Under the pieces are notes generated by a model. It did not search any database. It saw nothing but the letters and a program-made list of their open reading frames with translations, and was not told where the DNA came from. This document shows positions 25,873 through 40,421 of a stretch of DNA of 64,000 bases, piece after piece; position 1 is the stretch's first letter; each line of letters opens with the position of its first letter. Location: assembly GCA_013115145.1 (NCBI GenBank), contig JAAPAO010000041.1:45685-109684 (forward strand), read 5' to 3'. This DNA is from Perkinsus chesapeaki ATCC PRA-425 (taxonomy: Eukaryota > Protista > Perkinsozoa). The position numbers and the translations under genes were made by a program.

Positions 25873-26939
25873 TCAATTCAGGCTTTTGGCAGCCCTTTCT
25901 ACCATGAACCAAGCTTCTTCGTCCCGAGTAAACGATAGCGCTCGTTGGACCGACACACGCTCTCGAGTTTTAGGAGTAAGCAGGCCACTGTGCTCGATTA
26001 GCATCGGATCATAGGTGGAAGATGCCACTTTGGGCACCTTTAATGCTGGCGGCAGACGAACGAATAGCTCATTAAAGGGACGCAACCCTCAGGGCGAGTG
26101 AGCCTCTTCTCGGGTTTTTGGGTTATTAGAGGTCTATAAGATACCAACCGAATAAATCGGCGATTCCTAAGCACCACGAGTGTTTCCCCTACACTGTGAA
26201 GGGTCAACATATACTCCATTCTGCCTGCAGCGAAGTGAAGGGTCCTGCTGAAGATTATCGTAAAGCAGGCGGTCTATCGAGAAATATTGCTGGTAGTAAG
26301 GGGATCACCTAAGTCAGGAATCTGGTAGGAACAACTTAGCCATGTCTACTAGCCATTCCTATACCATGAAGCTTCCAACATGCGAGGCCTGACCTTTCGT
26401 GACCAACGATGGGGTTTTCTAGGTGACTGCACTATAAAGAATGACCTCAACATGTGGTACTATGGGCATAACAGGAATTACTATGGGGGACATGTTGGCT
26501 CTTTTAATACCAAGCTTTACCGTTCTGAGGACATGAGACAATAGCGTGTGTTCATACTCGGTGTTCCCACTCACTCTCGTTTGAGTTGTCTGAACGTCTG
26601 TTCGACTGCAGTGATACTCGTGGGCGAACAGTTGTACTCGATTTCTCCTGTTAATGCATTCGTCCTCAATCGCTGCACCGGAGAGATCACTTGGAGCCCG
26701 GTCTGGTGTTCTAAAGCCCAGTGCTTCCACCAATGCTTTAGCAAAGGGTAGGAATGAAGGGGCGCACGCGCAGCCCTTAGGCAAAAGTAGGAGGGCGTAT
26801 ACCCTAAAGTCGCTGAACTGATAGGGTCAGGTGTCTCGGCTCGGGAGCTAGGCGCTGATTTATTAACCGTTCTTAATGCACAAAGTGTTCCTAATGAGTG
26901 TTTGGGAAGAACAAGGTAAAAGTATATCGGAGCCTTCAT
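25873..26939 (-). CDS. Hypothetical basic protein, multi-exon
   Basis: Open exons can be joined by short GT-AG introns (TFRQLKRE|TVKLGIKR; YQIPDL|DRLLYDN; SQ|PLITQKPEK) to stop 25873. The only ATG in the first open exon is at 26939. No family recognised. Confidence 0.52.
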
Positions 26940-27910
26940 TTGCCGACTCGCATACTCTCAGATTCGCATCGTGGGGCTCGGGACCGCCGAGGGCGGGAAG
27001 CACGCGCTGGCGTCGTGACGTCAGACTTGAGAAAAAATGCAGGATTTTCGAATCTAGTGGTCATCCCGCGACACAGTTTAAGAAGATGTACGAGCGAGGA
27101 GATATCCCGATCATGATAAAGCATGGTAAGTAAGGGACTCCTTGAGCAGAAGAGCCTTCTGCCGGAGTCGAACCGACGACCTCCCGCTTACTAAGCGGGT
27201 GCTCTACCAACTAAGCTAAGAAGGCTTAGTTCCACTACTTGTCCATACTCGGTCGTTCTATCAGGTACAAAGAGCTACCTAGAATGGAAGGTTCCTATAT
27301 CTAAGCTCGACTATCAGCATTTCCTGCCCGTCTTCATCGACGGTATTCGAGAGAAAAGTGAACCGTACGTTCTGTGTCTTATAAGCTCTGGCATCTTCAC
27401 CCAATTCAAGGTACCGGTTTGTCGCTCGAGAGGGTTCCCTTACACTTCTTCGCGAAGGGACTGAGGCTAAGATACTCGCTGCTGTACCGCAGTGCATCAC
27501 ACCGCTCAAGCTGGCTCTTAATACAAGGGACCCAGATACTGTGGTGAGGCAGCAATTGAAACAAACTTCCGGAAGACTGCGCAGGTCAATGCACTTCATG
27601 TGCTCCAGCTGTTGGCCAAGACTTCACCGTTGGTCGGGGAGTCGCTAGTGCCGTATTACCGGCACCTTCTTCCCGTATTGAATATATTCAAAGCCAAAAA
27701 ACGTAACACTCGTGATTCCATGGACTATGCCCAGCGGAAACAGGACTGGAGAAATCTGGGTAACTGCCAGCATACCACGCTTCCTCGACTTAGCTGCCAT
27801 TAGGCACTCTCATCGAAGAGACACTCAACGTATTGGAGCTCACTGGTGGAGAAGATGCCTTCGTTAATATCAAATACATGGTTCCGACATACGAGAGCTG
27901 CGTCTACTGA
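26894..27910 (+). CDS. PACRG: Parkin co-regulated gene protein (axonemal inner-junction protein)
   Basis: [14 protein letters not shown]|[68 protein letters not shown]. Confidence 0.95.
27153..27225 (-). tRNA. tRNA-Thr (anticodon AGT), antisense inside a PACRG intron
   Basis: Minus strand folds to a full cloverleaf: acceptor GCCTTCT/AGAAGGC, anticodon stem CCCGC/GCGGG with loop TTAGTAA, T-loop TTCGACT. Confidence 0.97.
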
Positions 27911-28045
27911 GAATGGCATGACGTCTGTTGTTCTTCCGATGTCCTTCAGGAATCTGCGTTTGGTTCTTATTGATTATTGAACTCCCGTGTACACAACAAA
28001 CCGTTAATGAAACGCACTCAGTGTATCCCCTCTACCGCTGCAACT

Positions 28046-29983
<1,938 letters not shown>

Positions 29984-30451
29984 AGTATGATACTTTTACA
30001 CAAGGAGGAGGACGAAGAAGAAGATAATATAAAGGGTCAAAAAACCTGCAAGAGAATGCCAACAAGAGCCGATAACACAAATACTGTTGATTGGCGATGA
30101 CAAGGCGAGCGCCCTGTTAATAAAGAAAAGGCCAGGGGTAACAAAGTCAGCTGGCAAACTGTTAGAAAAGTCTAGAATTATCCCAATCGAAGGATCGATG
30201 CTATCTCCTCGACTCACGATATGTTTTGACGATGAAATTGGACAGGCGCACAACTCCAGCAGCCAGACAATGAAGTATATGGCATACTACACCACGTCCA
30301 TAACAGGATCGATGCGGCTGCTGCCGTTGTTGCCAACTGTCGTGGATTGCTCACTGAGCTTCCTGGGCATGCCACCATCTATGACAGTGGCAGGCTGACC
30401 AAAGTAACTGCAAAGTAACCAATAACATGATACCATTATACCCAGCAGCCT

Positions 30452-31620
30452 CTACGTGTTGAATGTCATTGATCCCATACTCATATTAGCCTGGCTGCGT
30501 GACGATCTGAACCTTCTCTGGGAGTTTAAGAGCTCTCGGGAACGCACCTATTAGAGGTCAACCAGCTGCCAGGTGATATAGTTTAGCTCCTACCTCCGAC
30601 AGCATCTCTTCTTGATGAGCTCTAAGCCTCTTGGGCCACCATCTCCAAATGTACATCTAACGATGATGATACGACGATATAACAATTGATGATGCCTTTG
30701 TATTACTTGGAAAAATAAAACAAGGGCGAACAGAGCCAATGCCAAAATAGAGTGTTTAAGCCCATAAAGCAGCGCTCTGATAGGGAAGAATTCAGAACGT
30801 AAAGATAATGGCGCCTTACACCCCACAACCCAGGCCACAGATCAGGCTAGTGGCACTGGTAACAAACCAGAATGCTGGCTCTCGGAAAAACATCCAATAG
30901 CGTGCTGACTTAAGCTCCGCTACGAAACGTGGTAACATCGGATAAGGAACCTAGAGAGGAATTCAAGGGGAGCAATAAAGAAATATAGTACCTTATTGAA
31001 CGCCAGACTGCGGGCGTATGATGCAGTGACGCTACACAAGCCAGATAGTCCAGAAAGGCTCATGAACGTGACATATAGCGGTGCTACCACCATCGCGTAA
31101 CCAGTAGACCTCTCGAGCCAATCAACGGACGGCACCTAATAGATGTTAAAGGTTACTAATTACTAAATTGTGCCCACCATTAATCCAGCAAATGCCACTC
31201 CCATCAAAAGAGCACTTGCTATGGCAAGCTGCTCCGAGTCATGTAGAAGTCTTTCCGATACCCACATAGTAGCTGGTCTTTGATCTATACAATCATTGGC
31301 GAGCTCTATGACTTGAAGCCAGCTCCTAAATATTCAGCACCTTCCTTGACACTATAGCTACTCTTATTACCCAAAGCTGAAATCATCAACATTATTTTTA
31401 ACACTCGATATGGCTGATTGGGTGGCTACCAATACTGAGTTACGTCTGATCAGACCATTAACCTTCTAATCGTCATTAGTTTATACCTTTTCAGCTGCCC
31501 ATCCCCCTCGGACCCTGTCCATTCGTCAGATCTTCTAGTCTCCAACCGAGCTGTTGTTTCTCCAGTATTCTCGGATGGTGGAACAGGAGGCGTTCCTGCC
31601 CGTCGTGGAGGAGATCTCAT
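30452..31620 (-). CDS. Hypothetical multi-pass membrane protein
   Basis: Spliced model from MRSPPRRAG through hydrophobic segments (LAIASALLMGVAFAGLM; VVAPLYVTFMSLSGLSGLCSV; ILALALFALVLFF) to MGSMTFNT*. Confidence 0.65.
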
Positions 31621-31694
31621 CCAGTTTTAATACGTTAACTAAGAGCGATGCAGTTAGCATGTGACGTGTCACGCAGTTTTCTGAAAACAAAAAA

Positions 31695-31765
31695 TGGATA
31701 TGCCGGGGATAGAACCCGCAACCTTTTGGTTCCAACTCTCACTTGGGCGCGCGCTACTACCAAAT
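31695..31765 (-). pseudogene. Degenerate tRNA-like relic in a divergent intergenic region
   Basis: Minus strand reads ..TAGCGCG..GGAACCAAAAGGTTGCGGGTTCTATCCCCGGCATATCCA followed by T6. The T-arm is recognisable (GTTCTATC), but there is no pairing 5' acceptor strand. Confidence 0.35.
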
Positions 31766-31852
31766 TAATAGCTTGAGCACACACAACGTGTGGTTACTTG
31801 GCGTGACTCTATCTTCTTAACACAGTTCATATCAAGCTTTATATCTTACAAA

Positions 31853-32422
31853 ATGGTTCGCGTTAACGCTGATGTGTCGCAAGACTGGAACCCTGTTGTC
31901 CTCAGTAAAGGTCGACCGAAGAATCCTGCCAGCAAAACTGCCGTGAATGACGCCAGGAGGTGTGAGGTTAAATACTACGGTCAAGTAGTTAATATGGATG
32001 CATGCTTAGGACCGGTCAAGGTGTAGAGGTCACCCAGAAGTGGCGAAGTGGTCAGAACATGAGCACTAAGGAGGGGCTTCCTGCCAATGCTGCTAAGCTC
32101 GATCAGGATAATGCCGTAAGTTGATCTAGTACTGTTGTGGGTTAATGCCGCTGTCAGGTCTACAAGCATGCTCATGTTAGTACCGAGTTCCGTCATGCTC
32201 TTCAACAAGCCAGACTTGCTAAGAAGATGAGTCAAGCGGAGCTTGCCAAGGCCATCAACGAGAAGCCTACTGTCATCAATGAGTAACAGGATCTCTCAAG
32301 GTAAAAATCATCCGGTCTATTTTAGGTACGAGTCTGGCAAGGCTATCCCCAATGGTGCCATCGTCAGCAAGCTTAACAGGGCACTCGGCACCCGTCTGCC
32401 TAAGGCCAAAGCTGCTAACTAA
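31853..32422 (+). CDS. MBF1: Multiprotein bridging factor 1
   Basis: SQDWNPVVLSK, LQQARLAKKMSQAELAKAINEKPTVINEYESGKAIPNGAIVSKLNRALG (HTH). Confidence 0.95.
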
Positions 32423-32687
32423 GTATGATTATGACGTATGTTCAGCTAGATGCTAGTGGCAGAGGAACTTTACACACTTCTGTGCGATCCTTGTGGGCCT
32501 CAGCACCAGCAGCAGCATCATCATTATCGACTACTATACAGTTTCTAACATTATTTACAAGGATTAACGTTGGTATAGGATGCAACCATTTCTCTCTAAG
32601 AACACCCTTGTACACCTCCTCCCTTTCCCTGTAACCCCTTCCGTTGTGTTCCACCGCAGTGCTGTCAATATATCCACTCAGTACCCC

Positions 32688-33410
32688 ATGTCGACACCAC
32701 AAACGCCAGGTCCTTATTTACCTATTTTCATTGATCCACCGGAACCAATAGGCCATTCGAATGCCGCGGTGCCTCCCAAACCAGAAGGCATGACTGTTAA
32801 AGAGTTATTAGTGATACACCACACTGCGAGGTACCCTCCGTGGCTCCGAAGCCGACGGTAACATCGTTGGCTTCAGGTTTATGAGGATACATGGAGACCA
32901 AGCTGAGATTGTATGTCGGCTAAATCCAGCTATGGAGGCTTATGTACCATTTCTGTCACCAGAGCATCCATATAATGCATACTACTCGTAGATCTACTGC
33001 TGCTTCGAAGGCTTAGATAGTCCTTATTTCAGGTACGTTAAAAAATACAATATAACCCTCAGTCAGATGCTAGACTCTACACCGGCTTATGGTTGCCTCC
33101 TACCTCCCGGATGGAAAGAACAGGACAAACAACTGTAACCATTTTGCACCGATCCAACAATATCACTTTCCCCTCTTCAGACGAGAGTACATCACAGCTT
33201 CTTCGGAGAGTTGTACGTCTCAACCCAGCGCACAAAAGTGAGACTATCTACTCATCTTTACGTATTAGTTCCTTCTGTATCAGAGCCCACCCTGTCAGCA
33301 TCGATTTGACACCACTATCATCTACCTCTGGACCACACGGTCCATTACTAACTGATGCTTTTAGCGGTGGCCTCGAAGCCAGTGATGATGATGACTCATT
33401 AGTGTCCTGA
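32688..33410 (+). CDS. SURP (SWAP) domain protein
   Basis: Spliced VIHHTAR|FMRIHGDQAEIVCRLNP..VPFLSPEHPYNAYY matches the SURP pattern; acidic C-terminus DDDDSLVS*. Confidence 0.7.
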
Positions 33411-33646
33411 GTGCTGCTGTTTGTTGTTGTATACCATTCTACCACACTATGACCGTGTTCATCTTTGTTACACTTTGCCTTTTACTACATGTCATAGCCT
33501 TGAAGTTTGTAATTATGCATTCACACAGTACTCCAGGGTTTATCCCATCCTCAACAGGAGTATCCTAGCTTCACCCGTGCTCTCTGCACTGGAAATGGAG
33601 GTCCGTATAATATTTAATTTCGATACCAACACGGCACTTACGTAGA

Positions 33647-35951
33647 TCATGAAACACTAATAACATCAGAAACATTGTCAATTCGCAGATCTATGAGGAA
33701 CAGTCCAGCAGCAGTCGTCTCGCTTACTACTGTTAGGCCCAGTCTTGCCTGCAATACCTCTGCCACTTCAGCATGGCTCCTCCCATTGCCCAACCTGGGT
33801 GCCCCGACCTCCGCTTGGACTAGCTGCTTGAGCGTAGCTAATGGCAGAGTTCGAAGGTCTCTATCTTGGGCACTGACCAGGGCTCCAAGAACTTGCCGGC
33901 ATCCTGCCTTGTCCAGCTTACCGAGGGCTCTCATTACAGACTTCGGCAGTACCCCAGTGGCCATGGCCACCGCATGGGCAGCTATAGAGAAGGTATAGTT
34001 GTTTTGGCCTTGTGGATTAACCTTTGCAGCCTCCATCAGACTTACTACCAACCCTTCCCATAGGGCTGTAGTACGATGCACTAGATCAAGACGCACCAAT
34101 GCGTTGAGGCAAGTGTCCAGTTGTTGGGCAGAAGTGTCCCAACTGATCCGAGACCAGTTAGGATGGTTGAGCAATTCCAGTAGAGACTTCTGAGGTGGGA
34201 AGTCTAGCAGAGCGAGGGCGTTCAACACTGCAGCAACACAACGAGTGTCCCCGCTGACCGGAGCGAGTTTGGCAGACAGCTGCGGCACTACCAAGCTGGC
34301 AAATTCCGTCGCCTGATCGTGGTAACATCTGGCAAGGCCAAGGAGGAACATTGCCAAGTGACCGGTGGATAGCTTATCCTTAATTAACGTTGCATCATTA
34401 TAGAACAATTGAACCAATTTAGACAAGAACTCGGCAGCTATGGTCTTCTGGTGGTCCGATGGTCGGCCGTCAGTCAAGTAAGTGGCGATGTCAGGAGCCA
34501 GCATGGCCATAAGCTGTGGATGCTTACCAAGAGCTCCTAACCGGCTGGACAGCATCCCAATAACAAAGACCTCGAGGAATACCCAGTCAAAGTACCCTAC
34601 CTTGGCCATGGCATGAAGACTGTAAACTGCGTCCTTTGCCGAACTACTGCCTTGTGCCCCTTCCATCAACCTTCGGGACCCAAGCTCGAATACACCCTTT
34701 ATAGATGGTAGAGGAACATCCAGGTCTGCCAGTGCTCCCAGGACCAGACAGACCGCTTGGCTGTCAAATTCACCAATACGCTCTGACATTACTGTGGCCA
34801 ACCGCTCCATGAGCCCAGACGAGGGACACCCACCGAGCTTCACGATTCCATGGCAAAATAAAGATACGTCTTGAGGGGACCATCTGCTTATATCCGTTGA
34901 TCCCTCTGCCCACCGCAGAACCTCTCCCACGAACTTAGGGTCTACGAAGTTGAGCTTGGCCATGGCGTTCACCGCCTGTGTTACCGCGCGGCTCTTGCCG
35001 TCATCGTCCCCTCCCACGAGAAGATCCGTAAGCCGCTTGCTCAGCCTTCGGAGAAGGGCCTTATCCGCAATTTTGAGGCGCGCGAATGCATTTAATACTA
35101 TAGCGCAGTCTATCTTGGTAAATTGGCCACTTTTCGCGATGATATTCGGTACCAAGAATCTCAGCAGCATATCAGCTTCCTTGGACGCCGTCTTAGCGTA
35201 AGCATTACACAGCATAGCCAGACCCTGGCAAGTGAAATCCTTGGACACCTGCACGCTCCTTTCAGCAATATCGGCCATCAGTCTCTGGGTCTCTGGACTA
35301 TTGCCAGACTTCGCCATGGCCCCAGCTGCCATAGCACAGTCCTGAGCATTACTATACGAGAGACTTCGAGAAGCCTGAGCGAGACTTCCTCGTGGAAGCT
35401 GGACATCGGCTCCACCAGCATTCCTGATGGCATCCTATCATATTACCACACTCCCATCTATTACTTGGCCAATGCATGAAGACACCTCGCTACATCTCGG
35501 GGATCTACAGCGCTACCATTATTCCCTACGATCATTCTCTGTGCCACTAGTGATAGGACATCCTTCCTTAAAGCAGCATCGACTGCCGATAGAGAGGATA
35601 CAATGTTGGCTGTGAGCCCCAGGTGAGTAGGCCCCTAAACGACGCCCGTTCAGAGAGGCTTTGATGAAACCACTATCCCCGCCCTGCCGTTAGTACCATA
35701 TCGTTCAGACGTCCTTTTAATTCGTTGGCCGCGGCACTCCAAAAGTCCTCTCTTCCTCGGCAACCTCCACCTGCAGCACCCAGCTTATTGAGGGCAAACA
35801 CCAAGTCGTCTGTGCAAAGCCGCCTGAGCTGATCTAGAACTGCTGTCGTTCTAGCAGGCCCGCGGCCCAGATTCCGATAAGCTGACTCCAAAGCCAACAT
35901 GCCAGTCGCTGAGCCTGTCATTGGCACGATTAAACCAATTTGCTGCCTCAT
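33647..35951 (-). CDS. Helical repeat (HPR/OPR-like) organellar RNA-binding protein with partial RAP-like C-terminus
   Basis: Repeated ~37-aa units such as FTCQGLAMLCNAYAK, FTKIDCAIVLNAFARL, WSPQDVSLFCHGIVKLG, FDSQAVCLVLGALADLD. The end HAEVAEVLQARLG..LFLIDL resembles the start of a RAP domain. 5' exons join in frame. The 3' end is uncertain. Confidence 0.72.
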
Positions 35952-36218
35952 AATGACTAAGACATTGAGCAACCCAACAGAAGCTATGTGAGCGACCTTT
36001 ACAGGTACAGAGTAACAAGAGCAAGAGAGATGATGGGCACATCTAATGTTGCGGATCAGTCTCCTTGGATCTGTCCTCGGATGCTAGCATGCCTTCCGAC
36101 GATATCCCTACCAACAACACACCATGTTGTAAGATCTGATAGACGACTATCAGTGATAATCTATAAGCAAATACATTAGTTTCCAGCAGCAGCTCACTTC
36201 TATAAATATATAAGACAC

Positions 36219-37075
36219 TCATTTAGCTGGGCATTCAACAGTGGAAGGTGGTGGAATCAGCGTGATTAAATAAATGATACGATATTACCTGTCTCAGTCA
36301 ACGCCCTCCGCGAATCCTCGTCGTAGCTGTCCTCCAAATGCCCTACTTTACGCCGATCTACTTTAAGCTTCCGACGGACAGTACTAGAGCCCACAGGCGG
36401 ATCCCTCCCTTCTGACGGCGTCTCGGGTGGCTCCTCTTCAACATCTGCGTCACACGGACTCTCTGCAGATGTCAAGTCCTCAGGCTGGGACTGGCGACTG
36501 GCATCGCCAGCGTCTGGATAGACTAGCACCCCGACTTTCTCATATTTCTCATACTTGTCGACCCATTCCTAACAATCACCCATTCACTAAATGTAAATTG
36601 TTATCTCTCATGAGCACCTGGAGTGCTTGCCAGTTCTCCTCTTGGAATCCTTCTGTACTTGTGGAGTTCTCGATATCTTCGGGCTTGAAGCTCATCAGAG
36701 CAAAAGCTCTTGTAGCGTCTTTTCCCGCGAACAAATGATATCTTCCACCGGGACCATAGAGATCTCGACGGTCTAAAGGTGAGACGCATACCGATGCAGA
36801 ATGGCCTACGGCCATGGTTAGTTCTAATTTATCCAGAACACTTCAAACTCCCTGATAGCACTCGACGGACCAATGAACTCATATTTGAGCGGTGAAAGTG
36901 GTATAATCTAGTGGCATCGCGATGAATTCACCTCATTCCCTAACTTACGAGTTACATCATATACGATGCCCTTAAGTGCAACATATACTTCTCCTGTGGT
37001 TTCACCATCATACATGGAGAGGAGCTGCGGTCCGAAGACTTTTGAGGCGTCTGTAGGTTCATGAATTCTCTTCAT
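36219..37075 (-). CDS. Cytochrome b5-like heme/steroid-binding (MAPR) protein
   Basis: LLSMYDGETTGEVYVALKGIVYDVT|..LYGPGGRYHLFAGKDATRAFALMSF..WQAL|..W.DKY. Confidence 0.87.
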
Positions 37076-37201
37076 TCATTAGTGGTTGCGTGACACTGAG
37101 CAGTATTACACGATCGTAAGGTGGGTATAGACGTTTAGGTTGCAGAACTTGCAGAAACGAGCGGTTAAGGCGAGCAGGATAATCAGGAGAGAGAGTTAAA
37201 A

Positions 37202-37281
37202 TAACAGCTGCGGGATTCGAACCCGCGCCCTTTCGGACTAGCGCCTGAAGCTAGCGCCTTAGACCTCTCGGCCAAACTGTC
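37202..37281 (-). tRNA. tRNA-Leu (anticodon CAG)
   Basis: Minus strand GACAGTTTGGCCGAGAGGTCTAAGGCGCTAGC-TTCAGGC-GCTAG, long variable arm, GCGGGTTCGAATCCCGC T-arm, followed by a TTTT terminator. Confidence 0.97.
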
Positions 37282-37448
37282 GCTGAAAATCTTGATTCAA
37301 AAAATACCATACCCCACCGTGTGCATACGTGCATTGATCAAACTGAACTCTAAACCTGACAAAACATCTCAACTAAGACTCTCCGGAGAGGTAATGTCGG
37401 ATATAACATCACTGAAATAACGCAACAGACTGGCTGTAGAAATGCGAA

Positions 37449-40277
37449 TTAGTGCATGTTTAATGGTTCCAGTGTCACTGGAGCATCATGAACATATCGA
37501 ACATTTGTAGGCAAAGCAGATCGCAGTGTTGCAATAGTAGATGCGAGAGATCGAGGATCACCACGAGTGCTATCCTTTAACGACTTCCTATGACTTCTGC
37601 TGTTTTTCACTGAGAGTAAACGCCGTATGTCTTCCTCAACCTCAGCAGTTTTCTCGTGCGCAGCGTTCAGCTCGTCGCGAAGCCGAGAGACCTGGAAAGA
37701 TCTCCACTGCCCGAGTTACACCAGAACATCTCCCCTACTTCCGCGTCTGCCTCCCGCAGTTTTGCCCGATGTTTAGCAATCTCCAGATCTCGATTCCTGA
37801 TAATTTACATCCCTCCAGTCCAGGCAGTATTCGTCTACTTGAGGCTCTCCGCGATGTACTGCTGCGGTCTCGTTGCTTCGTTGAACCTGCTCGTTGAAGC
37901 CCGCAGCTCCTCACGCAGCTCCTCTGATTCCTTCGTTCTGGAACAACCTGGCACACCCTAGCACGAGAAAGGCGCTCCTACGCTCGCTCGTATTTCTGTT
38001 TGTAGGTGCTGAGCTGCCCGGCAAGGTCCTGCAACCGCCGAGTGAGAAGGAGGTTCTCCTGCACCCTTCGGCGGGATGTGATCGGAACAGAGCTCAGAAC
38101 TTGCGACATCACTGCGTCATTCTCATCACCAGGCTTGCCTACAATACACATTTAAGCCGATGAAGGCGTTTAATGCCAACCTGCGATGGACTCGATGGAT
38201 ATAGCAGCCTGAACAGCTGCTGTCATATCATCTTCCATTTTCTCGTACGCTGCTAGCCTCTCCCTTAGGACTGCCATCTCTGCCCGTATAGAACCCAGCT
38301 GCTGTACGCCAGACGATCGCCTTTGGTCAAGTTCATTCCGCAATAACTGTTTGGGAAGGCCGCAGTGGAGCAATCAATCGGTCATATCTCACCTCAACCT
38401 TTTCCCGCAGTATCTTGCACTCCCGTTGTAGCTCGTCAGTAACAGTAGCACGGTCCTCAGCGAGATTGGTTGCCCGATCGGTCTCGAAGCGCTGCCAGGA
38501 CTCTGTCCCAAAGCCTCCTCCATCCCCATTTACCTGCAGCTGAAGCATGCCTTGGGCGTCCACCAGGTCTCGCTGAAGTGCCGACGTTGTTCGAGCGTGG
38601 GCTACCTAGCAGCCCCAAGGACCAGACACCAACGCGTTACTATAAACCTTGAGCTCGTCGCAAGCCGCCTCGAGTTCCTCGGCCTTTCTCAAAGCTTGTA
38701 GGCGAGCAGACTCCGCCATGTCGAGCTGTGCCTATCAGTAGCCGTTGCCTCAGTATACTAACATACCTTACTCTAAGCCCATCCACCTCCCTTGAATGTA
38801 GCTCCATCAGCCTCTCTTTCACAGCTATCACCTACAACAGTATTCGTACATTTCCCTTTGTAGGATGCATCACTACTCACCTCAGCCTCCTGCTTCTCAC
38901 TAAGCCGTCCAATCTCTGCGTCTACCCTCCGCTGTGCCTCGGCCACCATCGCACCATTTTCCCTACAACGCAAGAGACTCATCCCGCCAGCCGCTTCGAC
39001 TAACCTCTCCATTGCAGCCGCCAGCTCCTTCTTCTTAGCCTTCACTAGACTCAACTTCGTTACCATCGCCTCCAACTCCCTGAGCTCATCCCCTCCAAAG
39101 CCTCACGAGCCCAAGTTTACCTATCCTTCCTATCACATTCCAACTCCAAGTGCTTCACCTGCCGCTCCATTGCGTCCCTGTCCCGACGGGCCAGATCTCG
39201 TTCAGCCTACAGTGACAGTCCACCACGATCCACGCCCCCTCCACCGACTTGTGCCTGTGAGAGCGCTTCCGCCTGTGCGCTCAACTCAGCGGCCAACTTC
39301 TGCAGGCCATTCGAAGATGAAGACGCTGTCTCTCGAGCTTCCTACACAACAACCCCAGGAATGCCTCCACACAACGTCTTAAAACTGACGCGCCACCTCA
39401 AGCTCTCGAGTGAGCCGTTTGACATCATCATTCAGCGCAGCGTGTCGCATACCATACCCCTCCAACTGTGCCCGTTTCTCCACAGATGCCCTCAAGGACT
39501 CAGTAAGTGACTGCACCCTCGATTGAAGTGAATGCTCTGTCATCTCTGAGAGTAGATAGCCACCACTATAGAAAACCAGAAGACCGTCTACCAGAATCAG
39601 CCTTATATTCCCTCAGCTGTCGTTCAGCCTCGGCAGCCCTCCTCTGCCCTCGCTCCCCTATCGCTCGGGCTTTACCAAGCTCCTCTACCAGAGATTCCCG
39701 CTCAGCTTCCAGCCGCCGTACCTGAGAAACCACAGCTGAAACGGCAGGCAAAGCCTTCATCACACTTCTGCCGTCTGCAATGCAAGGCGTCGATTGAGCT
39801 CCTGTAGTGCTGCATCCCTGAGGCTCAGCTCGGCTCTGCCACACGATGCCACCTCATCGCCCAGTCGTTCCGTTAACTCTCACCTTACAACTTCTTCCGA
39901 GTACCCTTGGAAGGAGGCACCAGGCAGCATACTAGGAGCCTTCATAACATTCCCAACCGGAGGGCTCGGCATTATAGCAGCGGCCCCCGCTAGGACAGCA
40001 TCGATGTCGACGCTGGAGACATGGAGAGACGACGCCTCTAGAGCGCTGCTGGCATGGCTATCTCCATTAGAGTAGTCCATGGAAGATTGAGTACCGATAT
40101 CCTCTTCGCCATCTACCATATCACATTCCAGCCTCTGCACATCCTTTTGCTGCCCTGCTCACCTGTACCATCGTCAGATAGTTGCTCCTCAACATCACTG
40201 GAGGAGATAGTCAATGGGCTAGGCAGCAGAGGCGACGATGTTGATGGATGCTCCTCAGTGGAAGGAGAAGAAGCCAT
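37449..40277 (-). CDS. PIBF1: PIBF1/CEP90-like centriolar coiled-coil protein
   Basis: Long coiled coil. QRFETDRATNL..LQRECKILREKVE, RLAAYEKMEDDM and VPITSRRRVQENLLLTRRLQDL recall the conserved PIBF1 C-terminal blocks (recognition from memory, not a search). Confidence 0.62.
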
Positions 40278-40421
40278 CAACTATAAACAATCACTCTCCC
40301 AGAATCTCCTGTGCACCTCTTCAATCGCAGCGGCGGTCGTGTCCTATAACCCAATCCGACATGCATTAGAAATAACAAGTGCTGCACCACCATGGCTGCT
40401 GCTGCTGCTGTGATGATCATG

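Noticed and set aside
29996-30400. Minus-strand ORF and spliced piece between the membrane gene and RPT2 as a separate gene
   Set aside because: No start context or motif; more simply a UTR with an intron and the pyrimidine-AG acceptor for RPT2.
36797-36811. CCGTAGGCCATTCTG, an SL-like string in the MAPR intron
   Set aside because: It has an insertion, lacks the 3' half of the leader, and is not at a gene 5' end.
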